Below, in pieces: positions 21,401 through 23,223 of a DNA stretch of 64,000 nucleotides. The notes under the pieces were generated by a model. It ran no database searches, was not told the DNA's origin, and was given only the letters and a program-made list of their open reading frames with translations. A program made the translations under genes and the position numbers. The stretch covers positions 2,735-66,734 of the forward strand of contig DASZQJ010000092.1 of assembly GCA_035549715.1 (NCBI GenBank). Direction: 5' to 3'. The first letter of the stretch is position 1; the number at the start of each line of letters is the position of its first letter. This stretch comes from Burkholderiales bacterium. GTDB taxonomy: Bacteria; Pseudomonadota; Gammaproteobacteria; Burkholderiales; JACQAP01.

Positions 21401-22683
21401 ACGACACGCTGCGCGGCGGGGACGACAACGACATCGTCCTGGGCGGCCTCGGCAACGACAAGGTGTACGGCGACGACGGCAACGATGTGCTCGACGGGGA
21501 GGATGGCGATGACACCCTCTACGGCGGCAACGGCGACGACATCCTGATCGGTGGCGACGGCATCGACTGGCTGAGCGGCGACGCCGGCAAGGACAAGCTG
21601 GAAGGCGGCCTGGGCGTCGACACGCTGAAGAGCGACAGCAAGGACGCCGTGGTGCAGCAGGAGACGGTTGCCGGTTCCCTGGGCCTGAAGTCGTACTTCT
21701 CGTCCTTCGGCTACAAGCACGGCCTGGCCGGGTTCTTCTACAAGGATCCGACCAACGGCAGCTCGACCGCCAACGACCGGCCGCTGCGCTCCTGGATTGC
21801 GGACTACGAGTCCGGCATCCAGTCCAACCCCGACTACATGGTGGCCGCGAAGCCCGCGGCGGGCGGCGGCCTGGCGTACAGCATCGACAGCACGGTGCTG
21901 GCGCCGGTGGTGGATGCCGCGATCGACCTGTGGACCCAGGCCCTGGGGGCGAACGATCCGCGCCTGGCGGCCCTGGCCGACATGGTCGTCGGGATCGGCA
22001 ACCTGGGCGGGCTGGCACTGGGTTCGACGGAAGGCAGCGTCGTCACCATCGACGCCGACGCGGCGGGCCATGGCTGGTTCGTGGACGCCTCGCCGGCGGG
22101 CAGCAGCGAGTTCAAGCTGGGCCTGGACTACGTCCTGCGCGCCGGACCGGGCAGCGAAGCCTTCCATCGGATGGACCTGCTGACCGTGGTGGCGCACGAG
22201 ATCGGGCACGTGCTCGGTTTCGATCACACCGACGCAGGTGCCCATCCGGTGATGAAGGAGGTCCTCGAGGCCAGCCAGCGCCTGGCGGTGAAGAGCGAGC
22301 TGCTGGCGCTCGACAAGGCGGAGGCGGCCGACCTGCGCATCGAGGAGCGCATCGCGGAGTTCGAGGCCTGGGCCGAGAAGCTGGCGACCATCAAGGGCGC
22401 GGCGGGCAAGCCTGCCATCGACTTCGACAAGCTCATCGGGCCGGCAGGCGGCGGCAGCAGCAACGGCGTGAACTGGTCCGGCGCGCTGGACAAGGCGTGG
22501 GATCGCTTCTCGCCGTTCGGCAAGACGGAGAAGGCCGCCTCCAACCTGTCCGACTTCCTGTCCTCCTTCCTGGGCGGGGATGACGACAAGGAAGCGGGTG
22601 GCTTCGACCAGATGGGGACGTCGCTGAACGAGACGGCCCGGAAGGATTCGGGCAAGGCCGGCAACGCCTCGAAGCACAACTGA
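1..22683 (+). CDS. Giant secreted adhesin/RTX-family protein, 5' end outside the window (>7,560 codons visible). Contains beta-helical rungs, Calx-beta-like modules, ~117-aa tandem repeats, His-rich inserts, an RTX nonapeptide block and a C-terminal metzincin-type motif.
   Basis: One uninterrupted frame-1 ORF. The track starts it at GTG 61, but codons 1-60 (GAGSDVTINADSNDDISSLA) are open and continue the same repeat pattern, so the gene begins upstream of the window. Stop TGA 22681-22683. Strong third-position G/C bias, many GGxGxDxxx nonapeptides, and HEIGHVLGFDH at 22195-22227. Confidence 0.9.
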   Translation, partial: GAGSDVTINADSNDDISSLAVTFAASGGNVAVSGSIGVQVVTTKTEASIEDSAVAGGTIKAGGNVDVTANSDLKALMIAGAVGASAGSVGVGVSNTTLVHTDTVTARIGDRATVTSGGASGIDVEATSTEEVIAITVAGGVSTSVAVAVSPTINILDETTSASIGRLATTNTTGALGTSDLDVKASDDTTIVSVAGSIAAASTAGVGVGADVLYLVKDTTAYIDSGVTATVNGDIDVSANNSEDITSVAAGLAAGGTAGVGLNAGVHVLEMNTRAFIGDDAGGLASAGAGNVHAKGSVRVAADDRTELDKFAATVAVGGTAGIGAAATVTTINKTTEAFIGNGAIVSGDGVTGGLTAATGNFIIGNVAEAAGADGIEAQGANKQSASSLKSSGEVKAPDVEGIDTDGNKSTDVNPAASGSRTLQLDTQLVNGVAVTATNRDDIETYSAALGAATVGVGVAAAVNVINTDTQAYIGQGAQINKDSATDGGANQDVVVAAGNDFHHVALAAGAGFGAVGVAPGVDVTVLTANTGATIGAGTVKAKNDVRVNAQSSEDILLVGMGIAAGTVGVGGGVSVLSLTIDTTASILGNVSAGGDVSVMASDDTNVSVIAGALGAGFVGVGASVGVMVIDKDTSAFVADGATVNALGNGVVGVDGVLAGTLTGGDAANGFDTAQRHGLVVQADSSEKVLQVGVAAGAGFVGVSGAASVSVIDSDTQAFIGNADINQGGNAGASASQGVYVGASNEARITTFTGAIAGGFVGVGGAVNVGVLKNDVNAKIKSGAAVTARDDIQVNAMAIKEIDSFVISGAGGFVGVAGAVSVWSVGSTLERNYTDADGNSGNSLEREKEDETTDTADADAARQGKAASDQVGSNLNALGEGDNASDSQSKKSSDRMRVIADTGAGKLNAAAPSASAITGKIAEAEPVNTGTAATIEGATVTSTSGDIVVNANEDVEFDTKMGGVAGGVVGVGASIGILTLSSNVTATAAGTLNAGGQVAVKTKLDEDVGILSVAGATGFVGLGAAVIVISDDSTSHAKIEDGTSVQRASSVVVSSTSNQTISGQTVGVSVGAVGAGASFIKIDVDGGTDATIGNNANIGGTDSVGSVSISASSTVDAQADVFAIAGGAAAFNFNFAFIDVDPTVAAGIGSGTIVNADGNVAISAATNHDADGSVFSVSTGGLAAGATWIDVKVRPTVDAYIGTNAAVTAGGAISLLAVHNRNVVTFAPLTTNWNYLGNDGAPESVSVNRGARAYGEAPSVGGIVAQGNIVRATSAANVETHVDDNARLKAGGAVSLEARTVNDARVRAQAESLSFASFGGIFATARSEGVTRAQLNGDVRNPSGALSAASSVTVRAQTLDIANSEGRTTNGSIGGDATDTEAKAFVTPTIEASIGAGSIVRASGTILVSAESQASSYVIGRGTAIGLGGSFGAASATSTIDSNVDAKVGNNATLSGGNVTVQGYHNYTTGGSSIDQGARSDTFAPGGAIAAIKVTTATATSNADVDAGIGSGSTIAATGAVTVRAFNHNKAQSDSRGLGFGAVAVGVTVTNSTANGSTTAYLDGNVTSGSSVEVNAEQRSTALANTRAVAGGLFVAASGNVANATANPTVKASIGPNTSISVSGQVAVKANGIVASSAQTEGISAGSIGIGVSEATANASPNVTASVGSPTSSGSGNVTINAGSLLVNAKTTLPGGSNNYSAFAKSTGSSGGLVAVDSTVTHATVNSTVNSYVADGSTLTINGASTVTANNNTRTKANSDSNSFGIVGAGVSRSYATSNTTTNAFLGNNVALAGRSLSIGAYGVDDNFADTVAGSAGLIAGNSAHSETTNNSSTTAEIRNRTLAGRTIDLTNSGGSGALNITAEHTAQFNSRVQTFAGGLLAGTGAGIDNNMDGDVRAGVGSNAIVKAKNIVIQGVNHVFKPLLSTPNVDGTTGGFISGGGADSDTNLHLNTQVVIGGGASISLLGDANLPGDFIIRTLNDIVAKDKVAFTAGGALAGLVANTSIRTFEDLSKVQIGAGANLYSVGDINISARGQGDVAATVEAEAYGVGTYTGALAEAIITPDNTIEILGDGSNTNSTATDTVIRARGDVNLSTGTDTDFNRDAYRIDARSDTFAGSAIPIDDVNSTTYLLTDNTITTAAGSRIESAGTVRLHADRKGLADLSGSAKATSWVSEVQDFLNGAAAAKMNDAAIHQEGHGIVQVDGTVQTGTERHKTLTLTAWNDATGTVTGYTQTGWDDTDEPNDGIFSSSVQVVQSDLMDDLDFAKDQLRLYGDVNATLRAFYQTEITRIQGELAKAGLFEFRAITLNGHGLNTGDVVVYHSASPGAAGDIGGLVDGQSYIVRKLSANKFALQSVAGGVANDIKFLPKNTSDFSQSLTRGSTVVNFNLSNLDGVAVGQYAITVTVNPIRAEAGPIDVRTDQLQGSGKFIAPGDASVTILNHTPAFLKIMGIEIPESTGGLYLNGTPVTTNGEIFTSNKAARDDDNRNQVPGETISVALNPTFNPIPDTATNPDPFIIVNNDFVAGPQGNGKFYPWPSITVMGTITNLGGSVTLQTHPAGEGSVVIKATVEAKNISVIAGGTVFITGVTKYDVLGDPAAMWMSITKGTVPNDDSGTVYEGVGQASVADINAMLAAQPPEGSGVIGSRVIIDAEFINVNGIIQSGKDSYSVNIGGSAVLNEIAGIDPSDGTLVVLNTVSNKDVIVRFNTITNQIEVDPLRVRGGYVDLTGHILNAGNGIIKVLGGFADFNIVNTTSYALVVNRIDDSQPGQGTLIIKDKAKGSPTNPYVTLYQKTGDTIVKTEDDGAGGFAGTKVSNVGSNSIYTPESGWRYGWTVGVETKEYYYYHHDTTAWIGIDWLAADPDTIEWDNTELLGTPKLLDDSNYFYRDVGLDGVNYTYKHESIAQSEKVVHIIDDRVETSWYGTTTYHNEVEAEQRKLELFTHSIEADRDIAIQYIGKTSATVDIDSTGSVVLRGPIINQNGTVNIDTNGNITQSGDEAYIAAKNINLTAKTGIGSDKAIRTDVSDLSGASVKAVTNAGAVKIDEIIGDLYVDQIASKHNIFGSGGAVSVTSQGDILVASGKSGLVEGGAVTLTAEGGIGSSGAFLKTDAGTFMWDKVNIDAKGNVYVSEQSGSLNVESIKTTGDAHINVVNGGIRDANENEARDERTYEELLGGVWHDLQLTDTTGAGGKVQEAKDTLAALKEQEYRQYWVYRGTQPDGGVAYDPDFEVSLSAAEEANYRAYYAGLGYSTGEIDAAITTLQNSRTDQYHVLHAQYGSLTSTYDPDFEYELTDDENDAVEASIHVYTEDELLYTISTGLLKNVSDTQATVEDPNIEAKNIYLTTSGGIGQATGETVIDITGGPASLTPDERVALAAAERTDVFYLGADKSATVNFSSGGTITRTDGGSWLSDGFTAGTRIHISGAGVTNATGTGEYYTIQGVTAGTITLVPGAGLVNEAGKAVKVTAEINDPLAPGAAAQIKKIVIDNREDVDIEITSATGTVNVTAHDSVYLGSEDNDLRLGLIQTDSTDAIRLKSGKGIVSTLAPMAVNVIGGDTILEAADGAIGTAAKPIVTNLGSNATLTVRAQNDIHVFESAGNMNLETAFSEFGNIYLTAQGSIVDGLNTEFAKIAADHVELTAQTGSIGEPGDYLEMDLRGTGTIVASAAGDIRLAETFGNMYVENVNSTGGTVDLRAQASILDAQNDIAAEIFGNSVVLTALAGGIGVSGNDLDIDTHGGTLTATTSVANIYITETIGDVRLNQVGTGAAYTAFINALTGSIYNGAAPGVSNVTSGNVRLYAANNIGQSGNVLTTTVGNLQGKATTGSTWITNLGALNVTTVNQEGNNSSDSENGVESGGTINISTTSPITVSSDIVSLGGPITITSGDSASPNGDSIVVLSGVTIEAQKSSVLIRSGDNIDINAGATVKAATSIELAVDYNSADANGAKMTINGSLIAPEIILRGGGTTDTIIIDSQGAGNGVDGHVQVKAGGGDDVIIVNRLQDHDFAHKYVAPGGTPASLVTGRIGDTRRDTVDLDGEGGADQYIINTSGDSDYIINAHDSGAPNDGGDWLTINGSSADDVFLLRKDFVTRMQQTGTDANGNPTFGPKYERINYDSTINGRLQVNGGAGDDRFYVDDNATITTLDGGAGDDFFQFGQVFGNQRATPNVAPGDELETVETTVGFLSRGISYSTTVFAGDGNDDMVVYSNKALLKLFGEDGNDNFIVRAFAIVGTGELATKDTVVNGGKGDDHVEYNINAPLSIDGGAGADTLVVIGTEKDDHFVVTRDGVQGAGLNIDFTGIEKLELDGMEGDDHFYILSTKQDLVTTIIGGLGSDTFDVGGDVPANTIVAQSVEGDSGFINHSMTSADPTFNGIFAEGIRLNVAGSNTGKVIVTPTDGETMVVENSGVNDSYKVKMSELAASVTPGTVAYLTVSAALSSSKDAALGGKSVEVSLDGTNFAQSVVLTFDSTVAANWQAERTIYVRASSDGAAEGERTVVISHSIVTSNHNQEYDGALISNVEVSVIDNDKAGLIVRESGGKTNVTEGTSNDTYTIALNKAPATGEIVTVKLNLDANQIDAISGTTISFPTFWSLWFGLPSSITIPDGRLDPVNHTITFDSTNWNVPVNVFLSGHDDSVAENRSTQRISHEITSNLSDGVYTGATDDAEIEIDLRDNDAGGLVIAESDGSTIVSESHPDSYAIKLTKAPTAPVTVSIMTDGKTIASADPAGEQPGRFSIVDGVPKVTFDATNWDIPFVVKLNVGENAGGGGQPVQNYPAQPHIVSGQIEGPLVIEGSFIPGKDRSLKIAVTLPSEINAPLPVLDINVDENTQVDKLNVYNDGSIANNHGMLANPDHASGLEAIYDVAPGKLNLSEFKNISGLGMGGTAIDQANGGDLTINFGTSTTPDLRTFDGGITYRGIETTEIFLGTGDDTFHVSNTAERVDDPSTPDVNEAFRTVTILNTGAGNDHVTVSTAADGNGLLAVNLEEGDDYFSAAGDGKLPAATLQLVIFGGEGSDTILGGQAADGIFGDKGQVDYYDANGNLVTRLGLGLHERSDNPIASNYVPEKQTDGGFGQARKFVSREFDVGGNDVIDGDAGNDVIFGGAGDDLITALKGGKIILGDNGQANLALTTNDVFTIDFDRQQGPVGGNDTIIGGEDGIGNIMLGGGGNDILRGGSGNDVILGDGGYVYRNAASIVTRVETRSPGIGGVDDIEGGAGTDVIMGGAMGDTINAPSGGKIILGDNGVAVLDGDNRDVYSTDYDIGGDDEIRGGEDGLGNIIIGGAGNDTKLFGGSGDDVILGDNGYVQRAADGTLIQVRTIAPGIGGADIIEGGAGTDVIMGGAMGDKITAPSGGKIILGDNGVANFAGDDRDVYSTDPDIGGADEIIGGADGVGNIIIGGADSDTKLFGGSGDDVILGDSGYVQRAADKSLVKVYTIAPGVGGKDVIEGGAGTDVIMGGADDDRITAPTGGKIILGDNGVANFAGPDRDVYSTDEDIGGVDLIIGGADGVGNILIGGAKGDTISGGTGDDVILGDSGYVRRDATRKLVEVHTTAPAIGGADHIEGGAGFDIIMGGADGDFINAPTGGKIILGDNGQANLAGPDRNVFSTDEAIGGVDIIVGGKTGEGNIIIGGAMGDEISAGTGDDVILGDSGRVVRRADETLVRVETTAPGIGGADNIQADDGFDVVFGGADGDNIQAGLDASRDVVVGDNGYAVFDAGEVLTEIRSTDENIGGDDNILVGDGDDFVIGGIGSDYINMDRATGLPIGSDNGKDTIIGDNGYARFDSVGGKSLIREIRTTAPQYGDRDFIFAGNGQDVVLGGSGGDFIDAGIDGSRDIVLGDNGEAFFSPTEVLLTIRTTDPTFGGDDDIRTGDGADIVLGGAGNDLILASGATGFQDARDLIAQGKYNQLDPGDAVRDIVLGDNGEANFNAAGVLQNVKSTDTTIGGDDTIVTGRGDDIVIAGMGSDKVLADGGDEVPDMVIGDSGYATFDGSAAFLPGEDEKILSFNFTGADKGVLTGVAGAGAARAGNWNNLNGGGYRVYGDDAGEILYFDDGSIAPGIGIQWGADLDSTSRHDPNKLHLEDHHQINPGSNQDKTLFDGYLTSNSNDTVGVDISGLSSHFKSYDVYVYLDMDDSDSKSGTSVRSIDGNGLKYYLNDPDGNTFTGTYVEVTSTTASGAQKGNYVVFRNVTSDTFKIRIDDIDPRNQGNKPGVTGVQVVGRSNPIDRIESIDSASGGDDIILTGGGDDIVFGGAGNDIIKTAGNAAYGAIDNDIVAGDDARATFMNGELRSLVTLDAETNANGPAGRFNDTIWTGNGDDVVIGGNGSDFINTTVTADDYDYGNVSVISMKFNSQVDQGGVTGTAGAVAADNWNNLASAGKGAQAGLLDDDGGSTGVKVTWGEEQYNYKTKSYELTATTDRDTHDLIDPSSQNERLFESSIERDDCTLGVDLTGLGSLGTYDVYVYFDSDEADNRNQGTAAMKITAGGVSYYVNDPKGNTFDGEFVDATSTDRYAPGVGNYVVFRGLTLDQLKIRISGDESLGRFADGRPTISGIQIVSGADRAGVIDQPAGKIGGDFDNDVVLGDNAAINWFHGQMYEVTATNPVATVPDSGFQADTIETGVGADVVIGGNGDDKIKGGEGNDLLLGDNAHLLMDNSLLLGLGDFDEDNWDDGHHHHDHWHHHDHWHHHHSHFNPYDIMGVELLNEDIGGNDTIEGGQDDDLMYGQAGADTFVFAGSELGEDAVVEAGTDFHGDDHWDWNFDFWHWGYDAHGHDHHDHDYHGPNDVGDTLDFSQFSGPISVDLGVSHEQTVSAGNLKLTLFHGDAIENVIGSEFADWIDGNDRDNVILGLGGNDRINGQDGYDFIDGGDGADEINGGGYGKGHYGHQYCHSYFYLYGHYWYRDGDESDVLLGGAGNDKIWGAGGNDTIEGGDGDDLIYGNGGADRMYGGAGNDRMYGNASDDWMDGGDGNDWLYGDGGNDTLYGGAGNDVIYGQSGNDWMDGGDGNDTLWADGGNDVLLGGAGDDLLYGQSGDDLMDGGDGNDQLWGDTGRDILKGGSGNDKLYGGRDDDVLNGGDGDDYLDGEGDDDILLGGAGNDTLKGNDGDDVILGQDGNDTVDGGCGRDLVDGGDGDDTLRGGDDNDIVLGGLGNDKVYGDDGNDVLDGEDGDDTLYGGNGDDILIGGDGIDWLSGDAGKDKLEGGLGVDTLKSDSKDAVVQQETVAGSLGLKSYFSSFGYKHGLAGFFYKDPTNGSSTANDRPLRSWIADYESGIQSNPDYMVAAKPAAGGGLAYSIDSTVLAPVVDAAIDLWTQALGANDPRLAALADMVVGIGNLGGLALGSTEGSVVTIDADAAGHGWFVDASPAGSSEFKLGLDYVLRAGPGSEAFHRMDLLTVVAHEIGHVLGFDHTDAGAHPVMKEVLEASQRLAVKSELLALDKAEAADLRIEERIAEFEAWAEKLATIKGAAGKPAIDFDKLIGPAGGGSSNGVNWSGALDKAWDRFSPFGKTEKAASNLSDFLSSFLGGDDDKEAGGFDQMGTSLNETARKDSGKAGNASKHN
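8880..11930 (+). other. Second beta-helical (FhaB-like) repeat region, interrupted by an acidic/aromatic non-repeat linker at about 9450-9990
   Basis: Recurrent motifs such as GDILVASGKSG, AVTLTAEGGIGSSG, NIYLTTSGGIGQATG, HVELTAQTGSIGEPG, VVLTALAGGIGVSGNDLDI. The linker carries two YDPDFE motifs (9670-9687 and 9847-9864). Confidence 0.45.
13150..14290 (+). other. Calx-beta-like beta-sandwich modules inside the giant protein
   Basis: Module ends of the Calx-beta type: VEVSVIDNDKAGL (IDND at 13576-13587) and EIEIDLRDNDAGGL (RDND at 14020-14031). Each follows a stretch of the form ...ERTVVISHSI.../...TQRISHEI.... Assignment is by motif memory only. Confidence 0.5.
15250..17110 (+). repeat. Five in-frame tandem coding repeats of about 350-360 bp (116-121 aa) in the giant gene. 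Degenerate half-units continue to about 17950.
   Basis: The anchor string AAGATCATCCT(G/A)GGCGACAA recurs at 15352, 15715, 16066, 16417 and 16765. Spacings are 363, 351, 351 and 348 bp, all multiples of 3. The protein unit reads ...GGKIILGDNGVANFAG.DRDVYSTD.DIGG.D.I.GG.DG.GNI.IGGA..D...GG.GDDVILGD.GYV.R.......V.T.AP.IGG.D.IEGGAG.DVIMGGA.GD.I.AP. Confidence 0.9.
18016..18666 (+). other. Module A of a duplicated ~215-aa non-RTX domain (putative beta-sandwich or carbohydrate-binding-like) in the giant protein
   Basis: Sequence LSFNFTGADKGVLTGVAGAGAARAGNWNNL...SYDVYVYLDMDDSDSKSGTS...YYLNDPDGNTFTGTYVEV...GNYVVFRNVTSDTFKIRI...VTGVQVVG is colinear with module B. The fold assignment is a guess. Confidence 0.6.
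19036..19680 (+). other. Module B, paralogue of the 18016-18666 module
   Basis: Sequence ISMKFNSQVDQGGVTGTAGAVAADNWNNL...TYDVYVYFDSDEADNRNQGTA...YYVNDPKGNTFDGEFVDA...GNYVVFRGLTLDQLKIRI...ISGIQIVS shows the same motif order as module A. Confidence 0.6.
20026..20082 (+). other. His/Trp-rich low-complexity insert 1 (HHHHDHWHHHDHWHHHHSH)
   Basis: Read directly from codons CAC/CAT/TGG/GAC at 20026-20082 in the giant ORF frame. Confidence 0.95.
20260..20349 (+). other. His/Trp/Asp-rich insert 2 (HGDDHWDWNFDFWHWGYDAHGHDHHDHDYH)
   Basis: Read directly from the sequence. A third aromatic/His insert (YGKGHYGHQYCHSYFYLYGHYWY) lies at about 20641-20715, inside the RTX block. Confidence 0.95.
20497..21630 (+). 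repeat. RTX (haemolysin-type Ca2+-binding) nonapeptide repeat block
   Basis: Continuous run of GGxGxDxLx units, e.g. GGAGNDKIWGAGGNDTIEGGDGDDLIYGNGGADRMYGGAGNDRMYG...GGNGDDILIGGDGIDWLSGDAGKDKLEGG. Confidence 0.9.
22195..22227 (+). other. Metzincin-type zinc-binding motif HEXXHXXGXXH (HEIGHVLGFDH) in the C-terminal domain of the giant protein
   Basis: Codons cac gag atc ggg cac gtg ctc ggt ttc gat cac. A Met (HPVMKE) follows 8 residues downstream and is a possible Met-turn. The upstream context VTIDADAAGHGWFVDASP...EF resembles matrixin-like modules seen at the ends of large exoproteins (from memory). Confidence 0.75.
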
Positions 22684-22695
22684 TGGCCTGGATGT

Positions 22696-22718
22696 CCCGC
22701 CGCCGTCCTGGCGGCGGG
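22696..22718 (+). terminator. GC-rich hairpin 13 nt after the giant-gene stop (CCCGCCGCC-gtcct-GGCGGCGGG)
   Basis: Perfect 9-bp stem with a 5-nt loop. There is no following U-tract, so function as an intrinsic terminator is uncertain. Confidence 0.4.
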
Positions 22719-22730
22719 GCGCCGGAGGGC

Positions 22731-22755
22731 GGCAGGCGGCGCGCAGCCGCCTGCC
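22731..22755 (+). terminator. Second GC-rich hairpin (GGCAGGCGGC-gcgca-GCCGCCTGCC)
   Basis: Perfect 10-bp stem with a 5-nt loop and no U-tract. Confidence 0.4.
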
Positions 22756-22880
22756 CGCGACCGGCGCGTCCCGCGGCACACATGGCCCCAGGCGAACCGC
22801 GCACGCCGTGCCCGGTCAGCCGATTCGTGTTCTAATTGCGCCTGTTTGCACGGGCAAACCGTCTGATTTCAGGAGAGAAA

Positions 22881-23189
22881 ATGGCTGAGTCCAAGAACCA
22901 GGAAGTGAAGGGCGCCGAAGGCACCAAGATCAAGTGGGATGACTCGAACATGAAGAGCGCCTACGCCAACGTCTGCAACGTCACCAGCACGCGCGAGGAA
23001 GTCGTGATGCTGTTCGGCATCAACCAGGCCTGGAACCGCGGCCAGAAGGAAGTCACGATCCAGCTCACGGACCGGATCATCATCAGCCCGTACGCGGCCA
23101 AGCGCCTGGCCATGCTGCTGGACGGCGTGATGAAGGAGTACGAATCCCGCTTCGGCGCATTGCCGGTCGAACCGGTCGCCGCCAAGTAG
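22881..23189 (+). CDS. Small DUF3467-like protein (102 aa)
   Basis: ATG 22881 lies 4 nt after AGGAGAG (22871-22877). The core YANVCNVTSTREEVVMLFGINQAW...IISPYAAKRLAMLL matches my recollection of DUF3467. The track's earlier start at 22836 has no RBS. Confidence 0.75.
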   Translation: MAESKNQEVKGAEGTKIKWDDSNMKSAYANVCNVTSTREEVVMLFGINQAWNRGQKEVTIQLTDRIIISPYAAKRLAMLLDGVMKEYESRFGALPVEPVAAK

Positions 23190-23197
23190 CAGGGATC

Positions 23198-23216
23198 GAC
23201 GGCGCCCCGCGCCGTC
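23198..23216. terminator. Hairpin between convergent genes (GACGGCGC-ccc-GCGCCGTC)
   Basis: 8-bp stem located between the DUF3467 stop (23189) and the methyltransferase stop (23224). It could act as a bidirectional terminator. Confidence 0.4.
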
Positions 23217-23223
23217 CGGCGCC

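Noticed and set aside
21221-22018. 265-aa minus-strand ORF and several plus-strand frames across the RTX block, giving Arg/Pro/Cys-rich or Thr/Ala-rich proteins
   Set aside because: These are out-of-frame readings of GGC-GAC-rich nonapeptide-repeat DNA. They are pure low complexity and sit inside a well-supported CDS.
4603-22779. Two enormous minus-strand ORFs (4603-15159, 3518 aa, and 15361-22779, 2472 aa), plus dozens of shorter ORFs in other frames overlapping the giant gene
   Set aside because: They are antisense or out of frame relative to a coherent repeat-bearing plus-strand ORF. Their translations are Arg/Ala/Gly/Val/Asp-rich with no recognisable motifs. Stop codons are depleted in all frames of very GC-rich, GC3-biased DNA.
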